A DNA stretch of 44,215 nucleotides from an uncultured Flammeovirgaceae bacterium (lineage in GTDB: Bacteria; Bacteroidota; Bacteroidia; Cytophagales; MED-G16): the NCBI GenBank assembly GCA_913046795.1, contig CAJWTC010000004.1, positions 1 through 44,215 of the forward strand, written 5' to 3'. Below are positions 17,359-26,636 of the stretch, in pieces; positions within the stretch are counted from its first letter, which is position 1, and every line of letters starts with the position of its first letter. The notes under the pieces are model-generated. The model worked only from the letters and a program-made list of their open reading frames with translations, searched no databases and was not told where the DNA came from. The translations under genes were made by a program, and so were the position numbers.

Positions 17359-18114
17359 ATGCAAAAGCTAAATGTTCTTGAGGAAAAAAAGTTAAATAAT
17401 ATTTTTATTTTCCTTACCGGCATTTTTGTAACAAATGCAATACTTGCTGAAATTTTAGGAACTAAAATTTTTGATATTTCTCTAATAAAAGACTTTAATC
17501 TTTCTGTTGGTGTTTTAATTTGGCCTGTAGTGTTTATCACAACAGACATAATCAATGAATACTTTGGACAAAAAGGTGTAAAAAGAATAAGTTATTTCAC
17601 AATATTATTAATAACATATGCCTTTATAATAATTTATCTATCAACAAAACTTTCTCCTAATGCCTACTGGTTAGATATTAATAAATATGATCCAGAAGGA
17701 AACATATTCAATATAGATTATGCATATAACACGATTTTCTTGCAAAGTATTGGGATAATTATAGGCTCAATTTTTGCCTTCTTGATTGCACAACTTCTGG
17801 ATGTTATTGTATTCCAAAAAATAAAAAAAATAACAAAAGGAAGATTTATATGGTTGAGAGCTACAGGTTCAACAGTAATCTCTCAACTAATTGATAGCTA
17901 TATAGTGTTATTGATAGCTTTTTATCTTCTTGCTCCCGAAGGAAAAGAATGGTCAATTTATCAAGTATTTAATGTAGGTTCCGACAATTACTTATTCAAA
18001 TTTTCAGTAGCTCTTCTAATTACCCCTATTATTTACTTAGCCCACTTCCTTATCGATAAATATTTAGGTAAATCCTTATCAGAAAAAGCTAAAACCAATG
18101 CACTTTTGAGATAA
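17359..18114 (+). CDS. Queuosine precursor transporter (YhhQ/VUT family)
   Basis: Motifs WPVVFITTDIINEYFG, GSIFAFLIAQLLDV and WLRATGSTVISQLIDS. Confidence 0.88.
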   Translation: MQKLNVLEEKKLNNIFIFLTGIFVTNAILAEILGTKIFDISLIKDFNLSVGVLIWPVVFITTDIINEYFGQKGVKRISYFTILLITYAFIIIYLSTKLSPNAYWLDINKYDPEGNIFNIDYAYNTIFLQSIGIIIGSIFAFLIAQLLDVIVFQKIKKITKGRFIWLRATGSTVISQLIDSYIVLLIAFYLLAPEGKEWSIYQVFNVGSDNYLFKFSVALLITPIIYLAHFLIDKYLGKSLSEKAKTNALLR

Positions 18115-18138
18115 TTAGTTAATTAATTAAATTCGCAT

Positions 18139-18387
18139 ATGAAAACTTACTTAAGATTAATATATAGATCAATCGGTTTTATAATATTATTTTTCTTGAT
18201 AGGAACATTATTAGTCTATATTGAAACTATTTTAATAGAAAATAATGTCAAATCATTTATCGATGAGTCAGGTATTCTTCAGAATGATTACGAAAAAAGT
18301 TATATACCAATCATAGCATCAATGATTATATCATATCTGTTAGTTTTCCAAATCCCTTGGTTCAGGAAGAAAGAGGAGTATTCCTAA
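18139..18387 (+). CDS. Small hypothetical protein with two TM segments
   Basis: Fills the gap between genes exactly, has two hydrophobic segments, and has a -7-like box TAAATTCG just upstream. Confidence 0.65.
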   Translation: MKTYLRLIYRSIGFIILFFLIGTLLVYIETILIENNVKSFIDESGILQNDYEKSYIPIIASMIISYLLVFQIPWFRKKEEYS

Positions 18388-19112
18388 GTCAATTTATGAA
18401 GTATCACACCAGCAGAAACAGATACATTTAAAGATTCTGCACTACCACCTTTTTTTATAGATATCCATCGATCTACATATCTTTTTAATTTATCGCTTAT
18501 TCCATCAGATTCACTTCCAAATAAAATTATTCCACTGGTTAGTTTTCCTATACCTTTAACATCTTCTCCATCAGTAGATGTTCCGTAGACCTTGACATCT
18601 TTACTTTCTAAAATATTTTCTAAATCATCATATAAAACATTTACCCTCGTAAAAGATCCCATAGTAGCTTGTATTACTTTAGAATTATATACATCTACAG
18701 TATTTCTAGAGCATATTATACTTTTTATGTTAAACCAGTCGGCAGTCCTTATTATAGTTCCAAGGTTTCCTGGGTCATTTATCGAGTCAAGAGCAATAAC
18801 AGGATTAGAATAGTCTATCAACTTATTTTCTAACTTTCTTTTTTTAACAACAGAGATTAGTGAGTTGTTATTATGGAGACTACTAAGTTTTTTTACTTCA
18901 TCTGAGGAGACAACATATAAATCATTAATTTTCTTATCAGAATAATAACTTCTAAAAGTTTCTTCTGATATTACTGTAAACTCTATTTGGTAATCAGAAG
19001 TAATAACTTCATTAAAGCTCTTCACACCCTCAACAATAAATAAATTTGAATTTATTCTGTTCTTTTTATGCTTAAGTGATTTAACAATTTTAATTTTAGA
19101 TTTTGGAAGCAT
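18384..19112 (-). CDS. TrmH/SpoU-family RNA methyltransferase
   Basis: Motifs FIVEG, DPGNLGTIIRTADWF, FGSESDGIS and ESLNVSV. Confidence 0.92.
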   Translation of the reverse strand: MLPKSKIKIVKSLKHKKNRINSNLFIVEGVKSFNEVITSDYQIEFTVISEETFRSYYSDKKINDLYVVSSDEVKKLSSLHNNNSLISVVKKRKLENKLIDYSNPVIALDSINDPGNLGTIIRTADWFNIKSIICSRNTVDVYNSKVIQATMGSFTRVNVLYDDLENILESKDVKVYGTSTDGEDVKGIGKLTSGIILFGSESDGISDKLKRYVDRWISIKKGGSAESLNVSVSAGVILHKLT

Positions 19113-19130
19113 AAATTAAATTTAAATATA

Positions 19131-19673
19131 TTGTTTGAATACATACTTAAAATTGATAGAGAGATTACATTGATGATAAATGGATTTTCATCTGAGTACG
19201 TAGATTATCTCATGATATTTCTCAGTAATAAATATGTTTGGATACCTTTATATGTATTCCTTATTTATTTCTTGTTTAAGTATGATAAAAATAATTCCTT
19301 CAAACTTATAGCCATCTGTATTTCTACCGTTATTATTTCTGATTTCATTACCAGTTCAGTTATGAAACCATTTTTTGAGAGATTAAGACCATGTAATAGT
19401 GAAGAACTTTTAGGCTTAATTGATATTGTATCAGGTTGTGGAAAAAAATATAGTTTCGCATCCTCTCACTCATCAACGACATTCTCTCTAGCCACAATAT
19501 ATTATTATTTATCTAAACGAAAATTTAAATTTTTGTTTTTTTGGAGCTTAGCAATAGGTTACAGCAGAGTATACTTAGGTGTTCATTATTTTGGCGATGT
19601 AGCTGTTGGCTTATTTGTAGGATTCCTAACTTCGTTAATTATTTATCGTATTACAAAAAAATATATAAGTTGA
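19131..19673 (+). CDS. PAP2-family phosphatase
   Basis: Motifs KPFFERLRPC, SFASSH and YSRVYLGVHYFGDV. TTG start. Confidence 0.9.
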   Translation: MFEYILKIDREITLMINGFSSEYVDYLMIFLSNKYVWIPLYVFLIYFLFKYDKNNSFKLIAICISTVIISDFITSSVMKPFFERLRPCNSEELLGLIDIVSGCGKKYSFASSHSSTTFSLATIYYYLSKRKFKFLFFWSLAIGYSRVYLGVHYFGDVAVGLFVGFLTSLIIYRITKKYIS

Positions 19674-20302
19674 CTAGAACAATAATCGTATTTTCTTTTT
19701 TACTGATTTCGTGCTATAAATCTGATAAGGAACTGCCTATATTCGGAAGAAAAAAAATTGTAGAGAAAACAGTAAATGGATTAGTCATACCTGACACTGT
19801 TGATCATACGGTAAGTGATTTCAAATTAACTAATCAAAATGGTGAAATAATAACAAACGAATCATTCCAAAACAGTATTTATATAGCAGACTTTTTTTTT
19901 ACAACATGCCCTACGATATGTCCAGTAATGAAATCTAATCTATTAAAGATTCATGACCACTTTATTAAAAATGAAAATATCAAGTTTCTTTCTCACACAA
20001 TCAATCCCGAATATGATAATATAGAAAGGTTAAATGAATATTCTAAAAATTTAGGAGTTAGTTCTAGAAAGTGGCATTTTGTGACAGGAGATATAAACTA
20101 TATTCATGAAATAGCAAAAAAAAGTTATATGGTAACAGCTATGGAAGATTCCAGAGAACCTGGTGGTTTTCTACACAGCGGCACATTCTTGTTAGTTGAT
20201 ACAGAGAGAAGAATTAGAGGAGTTTATGATGGTACAGATGAATTAGAAATCTCAAAAATAAAAAATGATATCAGAATTCTATTAAAATCTAATGTTTACT
20301 AA
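19670..20302 (+). CDS. SCO family copper chaperone lipoprotein
   Basis: Motifs FFFTTCPTICP (CxxxC) and FLHSG. The true start is probably TTG at 19670 (TTGA overlap), giving lipobox LISC; the track's start at 19541 lies inside PAP2. Confidence 0.88.
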   Translation: MTRTIIVFSFLLISCYKSDKELPIFGRKKIVEKTVNGLVIPDTVDHTVSDFKLTNQNGEIITNESFQNSIYIADFFFTTCPTICPVMKSNLLKIHDHFIKNENIKFLSHTINPEYDNIERLNEYSKNLGVSSRKWHFVTGDINYIHEIAKKSYMVTAMEDSREPGGFLHSGTFLLVDTERRIRGVYDGTDELEISKIKNDIRILLKSNVY

Positions 20303-20870
20303 GCCTCTCAATATACTTACCAAGAATATCATATTCGATATTAACTAAATCATTTTCTGATAAAAGTTTAAAATTTGTTTTGGAGTAAGTATGTGGAATT
20401 ATTGCTACAGAAAAAAAATTATCTCTTATATCAAAACAAGTTAAACTAACACCATTAACGGTAATACTACCCTTCTCAACAACGTATTTTAAAAAATTTT
20501 TAGACTTGAAAGTATATACCCAGTTATTACCATTATCTATAATTTTTTTACATCTCGCAATATCATCAACATGACCTTGAACTATATGTCCATCTAACCT
20601 ATCGCTCACTTTCAAACTTCTCTCTAGGTTAACCAATGAGCCTACTTCTAAATCTGAGAACCTACTTTTCTTTAAAGTCTCAGGAACCAAAGTTATATCA
20701 TGAGACTTATCAGATAAACGGGTAACAGTGAGGCAGACACCGTCATGAGATAAACTTTCATCGACTCTCAAATCATGACTTATGCTACTGCTTACTGTCA
20801 AATTTAGATTTTCTTTATCGTAATTTAAAGAATCTATTACTCCTGTTGTCTCTACAATACCTGTAAACAT
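20289..20870 (-). CDS. ribE: Riboflavin synthase (alpha chain)
   Basis: Motifs MFTGIVE, GVCLTV, GHIVQGHVD and KGSITVNGVSLT. Confidence 0.95.
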   Translation of the reverse strand: MFTGIVETTGVIDSLNYDKENLNLTVSSSISHDLRVDESLSHDGVCLTVTRLSDKSHDITLVPETLKKSRFSDLEVGSLVNLERSLKVSDRLDGHIVQGHVDDIARCKKIIDNGNNWVYTFKSKNFLKYVVEKGSITVNGVSLTCFDIRDNFFSVAIIPHTYSKTNFKLLSENDLVNIEYDILGKYIERLSKH

Positions 20871-20895
20871 TTTAATATATTTAAATATGACTATG

Positions 20896-20916
20896 CAAAC
20901 ATAAAAGTTAAATTTG
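20896..20916. promoter_or_regulatory. Back-to-back divergent -7 boxes (ribE / thioesterase)
   Basis: TATGTTTG on the minus strand (20896-20903) and TAAATTTG on the plus strand (20909-20916). Confidence 0.6.
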
Positions 20917-20933
20917 CTTATAAGAAATAAAAT

Positions 20934-21449
20934 ATGAAAGATATAATCAAAGATTGTAAAGACACAAAAATCACAATAAGTGAAATGGTTTTACCAAATC
21001 ATACAAATAATTTAGACACTCTTTTTGGGGGTAAACTTATGTACTGGATGGATATGGCCGCAGCAATATGTGCCCATAAAAATACCAAAAAAATATCTGT
21101 TACTGCCTCTGTTGATAACATCACTTTCAAGTCGCCTATTTTCAAAGGTGACATAGTTACAATAACTGCCTACATCACAAGGGTTTTTAATACTTCTATG
21201 GAAATTTTTATTGAGGCGACTTCACAAAATAGTAAATCTCAAAAATCTGTTATTTGTAACAGTGCTTTTTTCACCTTCGTTACACTCAACAATGATAGAA
21301 AACCTGTAAAATCAATCGAAGTTAAACCTAAAACTAAGGAGGAAAAGAAACTTTATGATGGTGCGCTTAGGAGAAGACAACTCAGACTTATCTTAGCAGG
21401 CAAGATGAAGCCAGAGGAGGCAAATGAATTGAAATCAATTTTTAATTAA
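20934..21449 (+). CDS. Acyl-CoA thioesterase (hotdog fold, YciA-like)
   Basis: Motifs VLPNHTN...LFGGKLMYWMD, VTASVD, TSMEI and AFFTFV. Confidence 0.9.
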   Translation: MKDIIKDCKDTKITISEMVLPNHTNNLDTLFGGKLMYWMDMAAAICAHKNTKKISVTASVDNITFKSPIFKGDIVTITAYITRVFNTSMEIFIEATSQNSKSQKSVICNSAFFTFVTLNNDRKPVKSIEVKPKTKEEKKLYDGALRRRQLRLILAGKMKPEEANELKSIFN

Positions 21450-22569
21450 ATATTTCTTGTAGCTTCTTAGTGAGGTTACTTCCACGAAGGTCTGTATTCT
21501 TAGCAATAATTTTTCCATCTGGATCTAGTAGAAATGCACTAGGTATCCTATCAACATCATAGATTTCAGCTGCTTCAGATTGATAATATTTGAGATCTGA
21601 AACATTAACCCAGGGTAATTTATCTTGAGTAATACCTCTTACCCAATCATTTTTATTTCTGTCCAAAGAAACTTGATATACTTCAAACCCCTTTGATTTA
21701 TAATTATTGTAATTTTGGACTATGTTAGGGTTTTCCTCTCTACACGGCCTACACCATGCAGCCCAAAAGTCTAATAGAACATATTTTCCTCTTAAGGAAG
21801 CTAATGATATTGGCACCCCACTTGTGTCATTAAGAATAATATCAGGTGCAATACTTCCTACAGAAATAGATTTAATTTTTATGAGCTTATCTTCAAAATT
21901 CTTAAAATAGGAGTTACTACCAAATTCATCAGAATATTTTTTATATATAACCTGCCAAAATTCGAGATTTTCTTCTAAGTCTAAGTAGTCAGCAGTTACA
22001 AGTACCGCTAAGGAATTTTTCGTATTAGAAAGATAATCTTTTAGAGACAATTCAAACTGATTTTTTTTGAAATCAAATTCACCTCTTATGCTATTTGCTA
22101 GCTGCACATCCTGTTCCTGACTAGCTTCTACAAATTTAATGTTAAGATCTCTGATCTCTGATCTATAAGTTGTGATTTTATCGCCTATAGATTTTAAAAT
22201 GTCAGTGTCATCTGAACCTCTAATTTTATATTCAAATAGAGAATTAGAATCGTCTATACTTATATTTATGTCTGATTCGTAGGCAATTAGATCTAGACTA
22301 GTATAGCCCATAAAGTCTAATCTAAATAGTGTAGCCTCAAAAATATAGACATTGAATTCGATACTGTTATTATCAAAATTTGAAGTCTCAATAAGTTCAA
22401 TTGAATAATCTGAATTAACTTTTTGCAGTCTCACCTCCTCATAATCTCCAGAACCAATTATATCCACTGAGATAGTAATTTTTTCTGAACCTTTTTTTGG
22501 GTTATCTCCACATGAAAAAATAAATAATATCAGTGAGAGTGAAATGAATTTTGAAAGTATTTTAAACAT
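21442..22569 (-). CDS. TlpA/ResA-like thioredoxin lipoprotein
   Basis: Lipobox IFSC and motif GKYVLLDFWAAWCRPCR. Confidence 0.9.
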   Translation of the reverse strand: MFKILSKFISLSLILFIFSCGDNPKKGSEKITISVDIIGSGDYEEVRLQKVNSDYSIELIETSNFDNNSIEFNVYIFEATLFRLDFMGYTSLDLIAYESDINISIDDSNSLFEYKIRGSDDTDILKSIGDKITTYRSEIRDLNIKFVEASQEQDVQLANSIRGEFDFKKNQFELSLKDYLSNTKNSLAVLVTADYLDLEENLEFWQVIYKKYSDEFGSNSYFKNFEDKLIKIKSISVGSIAPDIILNDTSGVPISLASLRGKYVLLDFWAAWCRPCREENPNIVQNYNNYKSKGFEVYQVSLDRNKNDWVRGITQDKLPWVNVSDLKYYQSEAAEIYDVDRIPSAFLLDPDGKIIAKNTDLRGSNLTKKLQEIFN

Positions 22570-22623
22570 ATTATTAATTAGTTAAGTTGATGTGCAACCT
22601 GAATATATGAACGTCAAAAAAAT

Positions 22624-25245
22624 CTAATTGTTTAGTATTGAAGAAAACAAAGATTTTGCCTCTTTAATAACTTTATCTGTTCCGCTAAGTTTCTTCCCAC
22701 CAGCTGTTGCAAGAAATTTTTGACCTCCACCCGATCCTTCGATATGAGATGCTAACTTATTAATGATAACGTTAGCGTCAAGACTCATCTTATCACATAA
22801 ATTTTTTGATATCATCAAAACTATTATTGGTTTATTAGAATTAGATAATGTCCCTAGGAAGATCATATTGTTTTTCTCTTTTTCTAGTTCAAAGGCTAGC
22901 TGCTTCACTAATTCCATTTTTTCATTTTTAAAATCATGAATAATTATATTCACATCACCTTCTTTAATCACTGAGGAGAGTAACTTGTCTCTAAGATTCT
23001 TTTTTCTGTCTTTATTATTTGATGTTATTTCTTTCTCTAAAGATCTATTTTTATTAATTAAAGAATTTACTGAGTCTAGTATATTATTTGATTTTAATAT
23101 GATTTTTAAATCATTAATTAATTTGGATTCTATTTTAGAGAATTTTTCAGATGCAATAGAAGTTATGGCCTCAATCCTCCTTACACCTGAAGATATAGAA
23201 GATTCTGAAAGAATCTTAAAGTGACCAATTTCAGACGTATTTTGTACGTGAGTTCCACCACATAACTCAATTGAAAATTTTTCATCTATAGTAATAACTC
23301 TGACCTTATCACCATATTTTTCACCAAAAAGGGCAGTAGCTCCTCTTTTTTTGGCTTCATTTATATTAACGTCATCTTCAATATTAACTTTAATATTCTC
23401 AATTATTTTATCATTAACTATATCACTTATTTTATCAATTGATTCACTGTCAATTTTTGAAAAGTGAGAGAAATCAAACCTTAAAACCTTCTCGCTAACC
23501 AGAGAACCTTTTTGGGAAACATGATCACCCAAAACATTTCTCAAAGCCGCATGGAGAAGATGTGTCGCCGAATGGTTTTTAGAGATAAAACCCCTTCTTT
23601 TGTTATCAATTATAAGCTTAACTTTATTCTCCATTGATTTAGGAAGGTTTTCAGAAACATGAACTATTAAGTCATTTTCCTTATATGTTTTAATAATATT
23701 TATTTTTTCATCTCCATCAAGCATATACCCAATATCTCCTACTTGACCCCCAGATTCTGGATAGAAAGGTGTACTATCAAATACTACATTGTAAATTATC
23801 TGATCATCTAACTTGACCTCTCGATACATAATAATTTCAGATGAGGATTCGTTTTTCTCGTATCCAATAAATAAAGTTCCTCTCTTCTCTTTTTTTAGAT
23901 ATTGCCAGTCTTCAGACACTGACTTTATTACATTTCTTGATCTTTTTCTTTGATTATCAAGTAATTCCTTAAACTTATCTTTATCAATCTCAATACCTCT
24001 CTCTCTAAAAATAAGTTCAGTAAGATCAATTGGGAACCCGAAAGTGTCATATAACTCAAATACTAATTCTCCCGATACTCTTTCATTATGAACATAATCA
24101 TTAATTCTTTTCAACCCTTTCTCTAATGTGGCAAGAAAAGCCTTCTCCTCCTCAAGGATTACCTCCATTATAAATTTTTTCTGTCTACTTAAGTTTTTAA
24201 AAATATTTTTGTATTCATTTATTACAGATTCTGACAAGACATTGAGAAATGGTCGAGTGAGATTTAGGGTTGAATACCCATACCTAACAGCTCTTCTAAG
24301 TATCCTCCTCACAACGTATCCAGACTTATTATTGGATGGAATTGCACCATCTGATACTGTAAATACTATTGCTCTTATATGATCACAGATAACCCTAAAG
24401 GCAATATTAATATCTTTTTTTTCACCATACTTCTTACCAGAGATCTTCTCTAAGGAAGTAATTATTGACTTAAAAATATTTGTGTCATATGTTGATTTAA
24501 GAGAGTCAATTGCCATTGCGAGCCTCTCTAAACCCATTCCAGTGTCGACATGTTTTTCAGGAAGATTTTTAAGTGAACCATCTTTTTTTCTATTAAATTC
24601 AATAAAAACAAGGTTCCATATCTCAATAACTTCAGGATGATCTTTATTTATTAGTTTATGGGTTGGGTTCTTTTGTATCTCTTTTGTATCTCTTAGGTCA
24701 ATATGTATTTCAGAACAGGGACCACATGGACCTGTGTCACCCATCTCCCAAAAATTATCCTTCTTAGAACCATCTATAATCTTCGACTCGTCTACTATTT
24801 CCTTCCAATAATCATATGACTCAAGGTCTCTAGATAATCCATCTGAGTTATCTCCACCAAAAATAGTAACGTAGAGTCTTGACTCATCTAAATTATATTT
24901 TTTTGTTAGAAGTTCCCATGCCCATTTTATAGCATCTTTTTTAAAATAATCTCCAAATGACCAGTTTCCAAGCATTTCAAACATTGTGTGGTGATACTTA
25001 TCGACACCTACCTCCTCTAAATCATTATGTTTACCACTTACCCTTAGACATTTTTGAGTGTTAGCAATTCGTTTTGTATTTGATTTAATATTTCCTAAGA
25101 AAATATCTTTAAATTGATTCATTCCGGCATTGGTGAACATTAAGGTAGGATCATCCTTAACCGTGATTGGTGCTGATTCAACTATTGTGTGTCCCTTTTC
25201 TTGAAAAAAATCAAAAAATATTTGTCTTATTTTTTTAGTGTCCAT
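22624..25245 (-). CDS. alaS: Alanine--tRNA ligase
   Basis: Motifs LMFTNAGMNQFK, HHTMFEMLGNWSFGDYFK, DTGMGLER, NHSATHLLH and ELCGGTH. Confidence 0.98.
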   Translation of the reverse strand: MDTKKIRQIFFDFFQEKGHTIVESAPITVKDDPTLMFTNAGMNQFKDIFLGNIKSNTKRIANTQKCLRVSGKHNDLEEVGVDKYHHTMFEMLGNWSFGDYFKKDAIKWAWELLTKKYNLDESRLYVTIFGGDNSDGLSRDLESYDYWKEIVDESKIIDGSKKDNFWEMGDTGPCGPCSEIHIDLRDTKEIQKNPTHKLINKDHPEVIEIWNLVFIEFNRKKDGSLKNLPEKHVDTGMGLERLAMAIDSLKSTYDTNIFKSIITSLEKISGKKYGEKKDINIAFRVICDHIRAIVFTVSDGAIPSNNKSGYVVRRILRRAVRYGYSTLNLTRPFLNVLSESVINEYKNIFKNLSRQKKFIMEVILEEEKAFLATLEKGLKRINDYVHNERVSGELVFELYDTFGFPIDLTELIFRERGIEIDKDKFKELLDNQRKRSRNVIKSVSEDWQYLKKEKRGTLFIGYEKNESSSEIIMYREVKLDDQIIYNVVFDSTPFYPESGGQVGDIGYMLDGDEKINIIKTYKENDLIVHVSENLPKSMENKVKLIIDNKRRGFISKNHSATHLLHAALRNVLGDHVSQKGSLVSEKVLRFDFSHFSKIDSESIDKISDIVNDKIIENIKVNIEDDVNINEAKKRGATALFGEKYGDKVRVITIDEKFSIELCGGTHVQNTSEIGHFKILSESSISSGVRRIEAITSIASEKFSKIESKLINDLKIILKSNNILDSVNSLINKNRSLEKEITSNNKDRKKNLRDKLLSSVIKEGDVNIIIHDFKNEKMELVKQLAFELEKEKNNMIFLGTLSNSNKPIIVLMISKNLCDKMSLDANVIINKLASHIEGSGGGQKFLATAGGKKLSGTDKVIKEAKSLFSSILNN

Positions 25246-25271
25246 TTAAGTTATATATCAACGAATATTTT

Positions 25272-25287
25272 TATTTTTGCAAATATA
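25272..25287. promoter_or_regulatory. Abutting face-to-face -7 boxes (M23 peptidase / alaS)
   Basis: TATTTTTG on plus (25272-25279) is directly followed by CAAATATA, which is TATATTTG on minus (25280-25287). Confidence 0.55.
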
Positions 25288-25318
25288 AAATATAAAATTA
25301 GGCTATTTTCATCTAATA

Positions 25319-26305
25319 ATGAGAAAAGAAAAATATTATTACAACCCTGAAACCTGTAAGTTCGAAAAGGTAAAAAAAAGCAAAAAAGAACAGTTTCTTA
25401 ATATCTCAGGATTACTATCTATAATTTTATTAACAAGTATGGGGCTTCTTACTATCTATGATGCATATTTTGAGTCACCTAAAATTATTCAACTCAAGAA
25501 AGAAAATAGTGAGTTGCAGACTCATTATGAGATACTAAATAAAGAGGTCAATATTGCTTATAAAATGTTAGAGAATCTAGAGGAGAGAGACGACAATATT
25601 TACAGAGTTATTTTTGAAGCTGAACCCATTCCTTCATCAATTAGAAAAGTTGGTATTGGTGGTATCAACAGATATAAGAATCTACTTGATGGTAACTTAG
25701 AGAGAGAAGATTTATTATTAGATAATTATGCAAAAATTGATGAGTTAAAGAGAAAGTTATATATTCAAACTAAGTCTTACGACGACCTGTATAATATGGC
25801 TACCAGTAAAGAAGATCTTGTAGCTGCGATACCCGCAATCCAACCTGTATCAAATAAAGACCTCAAAAGACTTGCATCCGGTTTCGGAAGAAGAATTGAT
25901 CCTTTTTTGAAAGTTAAAAGGATGCATTATGGGCTTGATTTTTCCATTAAGATTGGGACACCAATATATGCCACAGCTGATGGAAAAGCAGTGGTAGTAA
26001 AAACATCTTTTGGAGGTTTTGGGAAACACATCTATCTAGACCATGGAAATGGATATAGAACTGTTTATGCTCACCTAGATAAGTTCAATGTGAAGAGAGG
26101 TCAAAAAGTTAAAAGAGGTGAACTAATTGCATATAGTGGTAACTCTGGTAGGTCAACAGCTCCTCATCTACACTATGAAGTACATAAGGGTGGAAAGAAA
26201 GTAAATCCAATAAATTTCTTCTTTAATGACCTCACTCCAAGTCAGTACGAGGAAGTAATCAAAATTGCATCAGTAGAAAACCAAGCATTAGGGTCAACAT
26301 ACTAA
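25319..26305 (+). CDS. M23-family metallopeptidase
   Basis: N-terminal TM and coiled coil; zinc motifs HYGLD and PHLHYEV. Confidence 0.93.
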   Translation: MRKEKYYYNPETCKFEKVKKSKKEQFLNISGLLSIILLTSMGLLTIYDAYFESPKIIQLKKENSELQTHYEILNKEVNIAYKMLENLEERDDNIYRVIFEAEPIPSSIRKVGIGGINRYKNLLDGNLEREDLLLDNYAKIDELKRKLYIQTKSYDDLYNMATSKEDLVAAIPAIQPVSNKDLKRLASGFGRRIDPFLKVKRMHYGLDFSIKIGTPIYATADGKAVVVKTSFGGFGKHIYLDHGNGYRTVYAHLDKFNVKRGQKVKRGELIAYSGNSGRSTAPHLHYEVHKGGKKVNPINFFFNDLTPSQYEEVIKIASVENQALGSTY

Positions 26306-26306
26306 T

Positions 26307-26636
26307 ATGCCTTACAAAGAGAGAGAAATAAAAAAAAAATATTTTACTATCGGAGAAGTTGCTAACAGTCTAGAGTTATCTACATCTCAAATTAGATTCT
26401 GGGAAAGTGAATTTGATCAGTTAAATCCAAAGAAAAACTCTAAAGGTTCAAGAAAATTTACAGAAAAGGATATAGAAACTATAAGAGCTATACATTCACT
26501 CCTGAAAAATAAAAAATTTACAATAGATGGAGCAAAAAAAGTTCTTAGAGAAGAAATGAAGGAGGATAAAAAAGACGTTGTCAATCAACTTTTTTCAATT
26601 AAAGAAAAATTGATTTCAATTAAGAAAAAGATCTAA
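26307..26636 (+). CDS. MerR-family HTH regulator
   Basis: YFTIGEVA...IRFWESEF...GSRKFT; fits the Bacteroidota alaS-M23-merR arrangement. Confidence 0.9.
   Translation: MPYKEREIKKKYFTIGEVANSLELSTSQIRFWESEFDQLNPKKNSKGSRKFTEKDIETIRAIHSLLKNKKFTIDGAKKVLREEMKEDKKDVVNQLFSIKEKLISIKKKI

Noticed and set aside
19541-19669. Cys-rich N-terminal extension of SCO
   Set aside because: It overlaps PAP2 in another frame; TTG at 19670 gives a proper lipoprotein signal.
20871-20933. FMN riboswitch upstream of ribE (also TPP at thiL and preQ1 at the queuosine transporter)
   Set aside because: The gaps are 63, 42 and 12 bp, AT-rich, and lack the conserved aptamer sequences.
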